Assembly (NCBI RefSeq): GCF_009914755.1
Contig: NC_060926.1
Direction: 5' to 3' (one strand)
Source of the DNA: the human T2T-CHM13v2.0 reference genome, Homo sapiens
DNA: 64,000 nt
Part shown: positions 46,394-61,016 of the stretch, piece after piece
How the letters are laid out: each line of letters opens with the position of its first letter
Position numbering within the stretch: position 1 is the first letter of the stretch
Translations under genes and position numbers: made by a program
The notes under the pieces: generated by a model
Database searches by the model: none
Seen by the model: only the letters and a program-made list of their open reading frames with translations
Told to the model about the DNA's origin: nothing

Positions 46394-48152
46394 GATAACT
46401 CAAATGAAAAATTAGCAAATGACCTGAATAGACTTTCTCCAAAGAAGATATGCAAATGGACAATAAGTACATGAAAAGATGCTTAACATTGTTAGTTGTT
46501 AGGGAAATGCAAATAAAAAAGACAATGACATACTACTTCACAACCATTAGGATGACTGTAATAAAAAGACACATAATAACAAGTATTGATGAGGTTGTGG
46601 TGAAAGTGAAATCCTCACTCACTGCTAGGGGAATTGTGAAATGGTGCAGCCACTTTGAAAAACAGTCTGGAAGTTCCTCGAAAGGTTAAACATAAAGTTC
46701 CTATGACCCAGGAATTCCACTTGTAGGATATACCCAAAGCAATGAAAATATATGTCCACACAAAAATTTGTACAGAGATGTTTATAGCAACATTCATTAT
46801 ATAGCTAAAAAGTCAAAAGAACCCAAATAAATGTCCATTAACTGCTGAATGGGATAAACAAACTGTGATCTATCCATATAATGGAATATTATTTAACCAT
46901 AAAAAGGAATGTATTACTGATAAATTCTACAACATGGATAAACCTTAAAAATAATAGCTAAGTGAAAAATCCAGTCACAAAAGACAACATATTATACAGT
47001 TCAATTTGCATGAAATGCCCAGAATAGGCAAACCGATAGCAGCAGGAAGTGGATTAGTGGTTGCCTAGGGTTGAGGGGAATGGGAGGATTAAGAGATGAT
47101 GATTAAAGTATACAAGGTTTCTTTTTAGGTTGATGAAAATGTTCTAAGATTGATTATGATAGTGGTTGCACACTTCTGTTAATATACTAAAAACTATTAA
47201 ATTATACACTTTAAAGGGGTGAATTGTGTAGTATATGAGTGATATCTCATCAAAGCCACCATAAAAAAGTCTTCCGAAAGACTATTAGGAAAACATGAAA
47301 GTTTGGAAAAAGTTATGCTGTTTTTATACTAATTAAAAATTTAAAACAATCTAACTGTACAATATTAAATGCTTAAATACACTAGGATAAAATCTTAGGA
47401 TGGACTATTAACCAATCATGAAAAACATTTTCAAATAATACTTAATGACAAGGAAAATGCTCACAATAATATGTTAACTATAAAAGCCTGATAAAAGTAA
47501 GAATTCAGCATAATCCCATATTTTAAGGGAAATAAGTATATGTACAGAAAAAAGACTGAAAGACAACAAAATGTAAAATTGTTTATGAAGACTGCCTGTG
47601 GTTTATTTAGGTTATCTTTGTTCTTTCTATCTTTTTATATTTTCCAGTAAAAATGAGTTTATATTGCTGTAGAATCAGGAAACAAAATATTGTGATGCAA
47701 ATATGGCTATGGGACTCTTAAGAAAAAGGTTTTTATATTGATTTGAGTATATAACAGAGTAACATAGCACTAAAGTTCAAAGTACAAGGCCACCATATGA
47801 ATTTGATTAAGTAAAGGAAAAGAATTATTGAAAACAAGGATGCAAGTAATTACTTTTTCATTTGGATTGTTTGTTCAAAATGTTGCTGCCAAGTTATCTC
47901 ACATTATTTCAGCTAAGCTCAGAGAGACCCCAACCTCCTGAGTTCAGCATGTCATTGGCTGTTCTGTTCCTACACATTGCCCTCTTGCATTTTTTCATTT
48001 CCCTGGCTTCAACTGCCTAGTCCTCCTAACCTTAACTCTTGGGATTGACCTGCTGTGTATCTCCTATTTTTCAAAAAAATGCTTTATGCAAGTTTCTAAT
48101 ACCCACCAAATACACTAGTATTGTACTTCATTCGGTACAGTGCAATCAAACA

Positions 48153-51229
<3,077 letters not shown>

Positions 51230-51951
51230 TATGTCTTCAACCACTCTGCCAAGTTCTGAAATCTCCATAGTATATTCCACAGACAATGATATAATAGAAG
51301 AAACTGTAACAGTCACTTCTGATTATGTTGTTTTGGACCTGCTTCCCACTACTTCGATGTCATCTGGTAGAACCGGATATCAGCTGATGCCAAACTTCTT
51401 TCCCCTCCAGCTGGGCAAGACGGCTCAATCTCCCTCGTGAATACCACCATCAATCATTCATTCATTCATCCGTTCACTCGTGCTCACAGGCTAGTGCCTC
51501 CTGCTGTGACCTTGCCTCACCCTAACCCTAACAATGCAGTAACCAGATCCTTCTGATTAACCAGTTCAAGTCCTGCCTCCCCATTGAGCATTCTGTACTT
51601 GTTACCATCCTGTTGACCTCAGCTTTCTCTGGAGTCTTTTGAAGACGCAGTTTCATTTTACAATTATTACACAGCACATAATAATGTTCTTATAGTGTGT
51701 CTTTTCTCTAACCGTTAGCATCAGGGGATATCGTGGTCAGTTTTGCTGCGTTGCTTTGTTCCCTTAATTCTGGCATAAGCTGTCTCTATGCACCATATAG
51801 AGAGAGAAGGAGGACTGTTAGCTGTCAGCCGTAATAAGATTCTGTACCAGAATGGCTGCCTTTGCCTGGTAGGTACTGACCCCAAGCAAGAAAAATAATC
51901 TGTTCACATTTAACACCTTTTTACTGTCTGGATCACTGTTTTCTTGTGTGA

Positions 51952-52274
51952 TTTTCTTTTTCTTTCTTTCTTTTTCTTTTTTTTTTTTTTTGAGACAGAG
52001 TGTGACTCTATCACCCAGGCTGGAGTGCAATGGTGAGATCTCAACTCACTGCAACCTTCACCTCCTAGGTTCAAGTGATTCTCCCTGCCTCAGTCTCCTG
52101 AGTAGCTGGGATTACAAGTGCATGCCACCACGCCTGCCTAATTTTTTTTGTATTTTTAGTAGAGATGGGGTTTCACCATGTTGGCCAGGCTGGTCTTGAA
52201 CTCCTGACCTCGTGATCCGCCCTCCTTGGCCTCCCAAAGTTCTGGGATTACAAGCGTGAGCCACCCTGCCCAGC
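51952..52274 (-). mobile_element. Alu
   Basis: TSD-like tgtgtgatttt. Confidence 0.92.
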
Positions 52275-53669
52275 TTTCCTGTGTGATTTTAATGTCCAGT
52301 GTCTTTTTTTCTTTTTTTTAACTTCATGGGTCCTGAACAAACTATTACTGGCTCTCCCTCAGTCTGGTTCAACAATTCTTTTCCTCTTTTCAGTTGCCTT
52401 AAAATAAGTGGTGCTCAAAGTACCCACCTCTGTGCTTTTGTTATGCTTCTGTACACACTTGTTTTCTTTTCATGACCTTAGCAATGCCCATTAGTCTCTC
52501 ACCTTCACCAGTTCTGGCACCACCTATGCTACCCCCAACCAATCTGTGATAGTGGGGGCCCAGCTCACCTGGGGAGGTGAGATTGAAGCAAATCCTGCCT
52601 TCGTTGCAGACCCAAAGGACTGAGCAAGCCAGTATGCTCTGGACACTGGGGACACATCAAAGAAACTTTTCCTGGTCCACCCCCACTGGGAGGGCCAGGA
52701 TGCTTGTCTGTCTCCTTGTTTGTAGGGCCTCCTTCATGCCAAGGCTTTTCTGGTCTCCTAGGTTGCAGGTAAACAGCCTGGAGTGCCCAGACCTGTACCC
52801 TCCTCAGCTAGAGAGAGCTGTTCCTGCTAGCTCTATTCATTTTTCCAAATCTTCCCCTTGTCTTTGATAGCTTTTCCCAGGTGCTGGGGTTTATACTTTC
52901 TCCATGCCAGAAGCCACAAGCTTATTCTAGTGGAGATAGTGTCTCCGCCCTCCTTCTTTCTTTTTGGATTTTATGTGTGGTGGATTAAAGGATCAGATAC
53001 TTATTCCCTGATAATTACCCAGCTCCGTACCTCTTTTCCCTTCAACCCCTCTGTCCTTGCTCCCAATGTGCCAAATGGCCACATGGCCAGCAATCATTCT
53101 ACAATTTACAGTAATCTCCCCCTATGCAGAAGTGTACGTTGAAATGTACACCCAAATTCAAACCTTCTCCCCAGCTCAGCCTGACTGATTTTCTCTTGGC
53201 TCTCTCCTGGATATTTCACTCGCACCTCAAGTTGTGCTCAGTACCTCCAAGCCAGATCTCATTCTTCTTGTTCCCTCTCCTTGCTTCCTTACTTTTGTAA
53301 ATGGCACCATCATTTCCTGATAATGCAGACACAAAGCCTCCCTTCTAATCCGCCTTCTAATCAGCTGTTAGACCTTGTAGGTTCAATTTCTTGAAAGAAG
53401 TTGAGATGTATAAACAGTTCCTGATTTACGGTGGTTTGACTTATGATTTTTGCTAGATACTGGATATACATTAAAGAGCTAAAACAGTTGTTCTACTTTT
53501 CTGGCACTTACAGTCTTGTGGGGGGGAAAACAGACAATAAAATAATCACAAATAAACATAATATCACAATTTAGATTAATGCTTATAAAACAAAGGTGCC
53601 TATTGCTACTAACATTTTCTATCCCTGCTACGTAACGTAAAAACACAAAATTCAACATGTTTTTCTTTT

Positions 53670-54035
53670 TTAAAACATCTTTATTGAGATATAATTCAAT
53701 AACATCCAGTTTATCCATTTAAATTGCGTATGTCCATGGCTTTTTGTATGTTCAAAGTTGTGTAATCATCACCATAAATGTTTTTATTATCGCAAAAATA
53801 AACCTCACTCGTCTTAGCCATCACCCCGATCCTTCCCAGCCCTAAGCAACCACCAATCCACTTATGTCTCTATGGATTTGCCTGTTCTGAACATTTCATG
53901 TAAATGGGATCCTACAGTATGTGCCTTTTAAATGACTGGCTTCTTTCATTAAGTATAATGTTTTCAAGGTTTATCAATGTTGTAGCATGTATCAGTACTT
54001 TATTTCTTTTTACCACTGAATAATATTCCATTGTA
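53670..54035 (-). mobile_element. L1M 3'UTR fragment
   Basis: tttattgagatataattca...gcatgtatcagtactttatttc. Confidence 0.65.
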
Positions 54036-54590
54036 CCATGTGTTTTTCTCAGCATAGACAAAGATAGGATGCTGTTCCGCTGTATTCTCCATACCCAGAC
54101 AAATTCAGTTTGTCATGTTTCTAGAAAAAGGTGACAGTAAGTAAATATTGGCTAAGCCTTACAAGGGTGGCAGCCGTGTTTACAAAGCGGCTTTTCATGA
54201 GTGACTTTATTCACTCAGTTCTTTTAGTCTAATTAGTATTTCTGACTCACAAACGGAAGTGATTCTATTTTGGCATTCTTTCTCTCTTTCTCCTGCTTGG
54301 TCTCTACTGACTTGCTTTGTTAAATTATGCAAGTTACTGAAACTCTGTTTGTTTAACTCCTGCGTGCTCTATAAAATAAGCCCAGTCCAGTCTGCTTGTT
54401 TGCCAAAGCTGTTTGAAGACAATTTTTCATATGATATGCATCATCAGCTCCCACAGAAGGCAAAAGGAATTTGATGTGTGGGGGTAGTCTGGGATCCTGT
54501 TCAAAATTAATGCTCATCTGGAAGAAATATGAAAGCCTGATACTTGCTTACTGGACTTTTAGTTGTATTCATTTATTGCTTTTCCTCTGA

Positions 54591-54986
<396 letters not shown>

Positions 54987-55289
54987 TAAAGTTAAAAAAA
55001 AAAAGATTGTAGTAGAAAAAGTTTTTCTGATACTCTCTATTGGCCAACTGTGAACCAAAGAGAATAATCTGTCTGACCTAGCTTTGTGACCTGGGGAACG
55101 ATTATCCATAACATTCAGAATTCTCTTTATTTTACCCTGAGACTGACCTCTCCAGACCCTAAGTTGGGATGTAAAATTCACCTGGATTTAAATTATCACT
55201 AATTTACTTATGCAATATGCTCTGTGCTGAGGAGAATGCAAAAAAAAAAAAAACCACAAATCCTTGTTTTCAAAGTGCTCACAGTCTAA

Positions 55290-55682
<393 letters not shown>

Positions 55683-55733
55683 CAGAGACGACATTTCTGC
55701 CAGGTGGAGCGACAGACATAGTTACATGGAGAA

Positions 55734-55931
55734 GATGATGATGATGATGATGATGATGATAATGATGATGATTTGAGACAGGATCTCGCCCAGTCGCCCA
55801 GGATCCAGTGCAGTGGCATGATCGCGGCTCACTGCAGCCTCCATCTCCGGTGTTTAAGCAATCCTCCAGCCTTAGCCTCCTGAGTAGCTGGGACTACAAG
55901 TGAGCGCCACCAAGCCCAGCTAATTTTTTTT

Positions 55932-56002
<71 letters not shown>

Positions 56003-56120
56003 GGTAGAGACAGGGTTTCACCATGTTGCCCAGGCTCGTCTCGAACTCCTGGCCTCAAGTGATCCACCTGCCTCGGTCCCCCAAAGTACTGGGATTACAG
56101 GCGTGAGCCACTGCGCCCGG
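55734..56120 (-). mobile_element. Alu with (GAT)n tail and (TA)n-expanded linker
   Basis: TSD-like gagaagat. Confidence 0.9.
55938..55986. repeat. (TA)n STR, ~24 units
   Basis: Read directly. Confidence 0.95.
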
Positions 56121-56439
56121 TGAGAAGATTATTCTGAGCTTTTTAAAGTGGAGACAGGAAATAGCATGTAAACGCTCCTAGTGCCACTTCCTTCGGGTGG
56201 CGAGGTGCACAGCAGTAGTCTCAGGTGTGTGAAGGGCAGCTGTGAGAAATAAACCTGAAAAGACGGGATGGAGACCTTGAACACTAGACTAGGGAATCTG
56301 TTCTTGATAATTTAAGCAAACGGAAGCCAATGAAAGTCTTTGGCACACTGTTCATCAAAACTGCTCTTAAGGAAATTAACCTGGCAGGAAGATGAAGGGT
56401 GGATTGGCAAGAGGAGAGACTTCAGACTGGGAGACCAAG

Positions 56440-57420
56440 GGAGGGTGCTGCAACAGTCCAGGCAGACGGAGTGGAATGAAGGTGACCGGCCGCTGCAGCA
56501 AGCTCTGGAGTCTCGCAGTTGGGACGTTAGGGGTACCACTCCAGGACAGAGCTCCCTCCTGGGGCAGGGACTGGGAGGAGCCAAAGTTATAGCCACACCC
56601 CCGGTGACGCCCGGTGGTCGGCTGTGGTCTCCCATTGGCTACACCGGCTGCCAGTCCCTGGAGGAGGCGGTGCCCTTCCCCGCCCTCTCCGAGCTCGGCT
56701 TGAGGCGGGCGCGGGCTGAGAGTCCGGGGATCCCGGGGGCCAGTCGCGGCCGGGACATCGGGCGCTGCGGCCGGGGACCCGCTGCTGAGATAGACAGGTG
56801 AGAAGGCCCGGGGACGAGGGGCCACTCCAGAGTCCCTGCCACCCTGGGATCCCCGCCCCCTTGAGGGCGCCCCGTCCAGGGGGGCTCGCGGGGCCGAGGT
56901 TTGGGGCGCCGGGAGGAGCGGGAAGGCGGGGACGAGAGGGACGGAGCGGGCTGACTCGGGATCCGCCGCTGCACCTCCCGCCACAGCCCAGAGTCGGCCC
57001 CCAAGTCTGGATGTCGCCGGGAGAGGTGGGCAGGGGGCGGTGGCCGGCGGTCCCTCGCGCCCGTGGGCTCCCGTGACGTTCTGTTTGGAAACACTGGGCC
57101 CGGGCTTCTGGCGCGGCGCGAGCGGTCCCGGGGGCGCAGCGGGGCAGCCCAGGGTCCCCGAGCCGAGGGACCCGCGCGGTCAGGGATGCCGCGCTCGCCT
57201 TAGGCTTCGGGAGATCCACCAGGATCTCCGGGGCGAAACTTTAAACTCAAAACTTTAAAGAAGCATTTTGTACACCTCGAGTTGCTGGCACGTCAAAGCA
57301 CCCTAAGGTGACCTACCCGGAAACCACTGTCCCCGAAGTTAGTGGGGCACTTTTTAAAGGACAACACTTTTTACCCGTCGATATTGTTGTGCGTAACGCT
57401 GTGGAAATAGAAGTCGAACC
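56440..57420 (+). promoter_or_regulatory. CpG-island promoter of the plus-strand gene (probably PLEKHH2)
   Basis: Dense CpG; inverted CCAAT (ATTGG 56634-56638); KLF/SP GCCACACCC 56592-56600; GC boxes; G-rich plus strand downstream of a splice donor. Confidence 0.88.
56680..56797 (+). other. PLEKHH2: Non-coding first exon, probably PLEKHH2 exon 1 (start approximate); intron 1 runs past the window end
   Basis: Donor CAG|gtgaga at 56797/56798 inside the CpG island; identity from recalled head-to-head THADA/PLEKHH2 arrangement ~41 kb apart; no coding sequence here to confirm. Confidence 0.72.
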
Positions 57421-57666
57421 ACTTACATTGGAAAAGCTCTGGTGGTGGGCTACCTGAGGGTCACTGCTTTCTTTGTGAAAATGCCAGTCTTGGAAGCCTG
57501 GCCCGCACAGCGGTGTGTCCCAGAGGAGTATGTAGTGAGGAGCTCGGCTGTTCTGGGCAGGGTCACCGAAGGGCAGGCGTTGCCCAAGTGGGGCTAGGTG
57601 GCTAGGTGGTGGTCAGAAGGTTCCTTAAACAAGGCATGCCTCAGTCTCGTCGAGAAAGATCTTTTA

Positions 57667-57667
57667 A

Positions 57668-57700
<33 letters not shown>

Positions 57701-57704
57701 ACAC
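57667..57704. repeat. (CA)n STR
   Basis: Read directly. Confidence 0.95.
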
Positions 57705-58966
57705 GATTACCCAGCCCAGTTAAGCTGTCCCTTAAGAGGCAAAAACTAAAGAATATCATAGAGACTAACGCTGCGCTTCATCAGGGTAAGCCTAAGTAGA
57801 ATAATTCTTTCATTTCTTTTTCTTTCCTTTTTGGGATTTGGAAGAGAAACAGGAAGTCAGAGATTCAGAGAAAAGAGCATTCACTCCACAATTGTAAACA
57901 GTTTATCTTATGTCAGTAAATACTTCCAAAAATCACTGGGGGTATTTGGAACTCCAAGACTTTTTCCTGTCCCCTGAAGTGAAGATAGATTATTTTCAAA
58001 TGCAGAATCTAGACATGATAGATTCCTTTCAAATTCAGAATCTAGATGTGGTATTTTCTTTATTTAGCAGTCGGCTATGTTATATAGTTATATATATATT
58101 CCCAATGTTATATAGTTCTATAACATTAGTGGTAATGAAAAGGATGGCGGATATTGTTTAAAATTAGAATTTTTAACTACCCAAGATGGTGCACTAATAC
58201 AACAGTTGCTTTGTACTTGTTAAACTAACTGAAATTACAGAATGAAATGAGGGAATCAGGTGTCTGGATCTCAGTGCAGACCATTATCCAACCAATTTGC
58301 AGTTCTGATTTATTATGACCCATTAATAGGGAATGTAGATGTTAAATGCCAATTTAATAATATTCTTAAGGCTTTGCTACTTCACTATAAAATATATAAT
58401 TAGCATAACTAAAGAAATAGGTATGTTTGACTTTGAATTAATTTATTATGTCATCATAGCAAAGTGCGCTAGGTAAGATATATGTATGATACTTTTCATA
58501 TTTGGGGTTAACAGTTACCTCTCAATTTTTTGAGCTAATTGTGAAATTCTTGGCAGGGATAACCACAAATAATGGTTGATTAAATTTGTAAATGCAGTCC
58601 TAGTATACACCCATTTAAACTGCGACTTTTTCTTTAGTCATTTGTAAATATGTGATCTTTTTTATTGAGATCTTAATATAAGTCACAAACTATAAGATTT
58701 TTCCTTTTAAAGTATACAGTTCACTGGGTTTTGGTATATTCACAAGGTTGTATAGCCATCACCAATATCTAATTCTAGAATATTTTCATCACCCCAAAAA
58801 GAAACCCCCTATCCATTGTAGTCAGTATCTGCTACCTTCTCCTCACAGCCCTTGGCAACCACTAACCTACTTTCTGTCCTTTGGATTTGCCTCTTATGGA
58901 CATTTCATGTAAATGGACTCATACAATATGTGGCCTTTTGTGTCTGGCATCTTTCACTTAGCATAA

Positions 58967-59359
<393 letters not shown>

Positions 59360-59614
59360 AGATCTACTACATTTTATTCATTCATCTGATGGTGGACACA
59401 GGCTGTTTCTACTCTTTGGCTATCATGAATAATGTTGCTCTGAACATTTATTTACAAGTTTTGGTGTGGACGTGTATTTCATCCCTTGGCATATGACCCC
59501 ATCCCTTGGCATATGACCCAGCAACTCCAATGCCAAGTATAAAGTTACCAATACTTTATATTGATATACCAAATATAAAGTTACTCCAATAACTTGGTAA
59601 CTTTATATTTAAAC

Positions 59615-59894
59615 TTTTTTTTTTTTTGAGACGGTGTCTCACTCTTGTCACCCAGGCTGGAGTGCAGTGTATGATCATAGCTCACTGCTCAAGTGATCCT
59701 CCCACACAGGGCTCCCGAGTAGCTGGGACCACAGGTAAGCTCCCCGACGCTTAGCTGATTTTTAAATTTTTTGATAGAGATGAGGTCTTGCTATGTTGCA
59801 CAGTCTGGTCTTGAACTCCTGAGCTCAGAGATGAATTCTCCAACCTCAGCCTCTCAAACTGTTGGGATTACAGGCGTGAGCCACCATGCTGGCC
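59615..59894 (-). mobile_element. Alu (AluJ-like)
   Basis: TSD tttaaactttt. Confidence 0.9.
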
Positions 59895-60159
59895 TGTTTA
59901 AACTTTTCAGGAACTGTAAAACTGTTTACAAAGCAGCTGTACCATTTTTACATTCCCACCAACAATGTATGAGGGTTCCCATTTCTCTACATCCTCACCA
60001 ACACTTGTTGTTAGATGTCTTTTTCATTAGAACATCCTATTTGATGTGAAGTGGAATGTTGTTGTGACTTTGATTTGCATTTTCTCTCATAGCAAATAAT
60101 GTGCTTATTGGCCATTTGTATATCTTCTTTGGATAAATCTCTATTCAGATACTTTGCCC

Positions 60160-60495
60160 ATTTTTATTTATTTATTTTTAATTTATTATTATTATTGTTT
60201 TTAAAGATGGGGGTCTCCCTCTGTCGCCCAGGCTGGAGTGCAGTGGTGTGAACATGGTTCACTGCAGCTTCGACCTCCTGGGCTCAAGTGATCTTCCTGC
60301 CTCAACCCCCAAGTAGCTGGGACTACAGGCCTGCACCACCATGCCTGGCTAATTTTTTTTTTTTTTTTTTTTTTTAATAAAGACAGGGTTTTGCCACATT
60401 GCCCAGGCTGGTCTCAAACTCATGAGCTCAGGCAGTCTAACCGCCTCGGCCTCCCAGAGTGCTGGGATTATAAGCATGAGCCACCACGTCCAGGC
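60160..60495 (-). mobile_element. Alu (AluJ-like)
   Basis: TSD tttgcccatt. Confidence 0.9.
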
Positions 60496-60792
60496 CTTTG
60501 CCCATTGTTTAATTGGGTTATCTTTTTTTATCGTTGAGTCCTAAGAGTCCTTTATATATTCTAGACACAAATCCCTGAGATACATGATTTGCAACTATTT
60601 TTCCCATTCTGTGGGTTATCTTTGCACTTTCTTGATAGTGTCCTTTGAAGGACAAAAATTTAAAAATTTTTATGAAGTCCAATTTATCTATTTTTTCTTC
60701 GATTCCTTGTGCTTTAGGTGTCATATCTAAGAATCTGTTGCCTAATCCAAGGTCATGAAGATTTATACCTCTTTTCTTCTAAGAGTTTAGAG

Positions 60793-61016
60793 CAAGCATG
60801 TCCAACCTGTGGCCTGCAGGCCACAGGCAGCCCAGGATGGCTTTGAATGTGGCCCAAAACAAATTTGTAAACTTTCTTAAAGCATTATGAGATTTGTTTT
60901 GCAATTTTTTTTTTTTAGCTCATCAGCTACCTTTAGTGTTAGTGTATTTTATGTGTGGCTCAAGACAATTCTTCTTCTAACGTGGCCCAAGGAAGTCAAA
61001 AGATTGGACACCCCTG
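60793..61016 (-). mobile_element. MER30 (hAT-Charlie) inserted in L1
   Basis: Perfect 8-bp TSD gtttagag (60785-60792 and 61017-61024); CAGGGGTGTCCAATCTTTTG terminus. Confidence 0.88.

Noticed and set aside
51231-51440. 69-aa Ser/Thr-rich ORF starting at the Tigger4 TA target site
   Set aside because: No promoter, splice or homology support; the ATG overlaps the TSD by coincidence
51519-51533. (CCCTAA)2 telomere-like sequence
   Set aside because: Only two units; expected by chance
56312-57258. Overlapping long ORFs (up to 210 aa) on both strands
   Set aside because: Stop-poor GC-rich CpG island; low-complexity P/G/R/A content; many start at non-ATG codons; no recognisable domain
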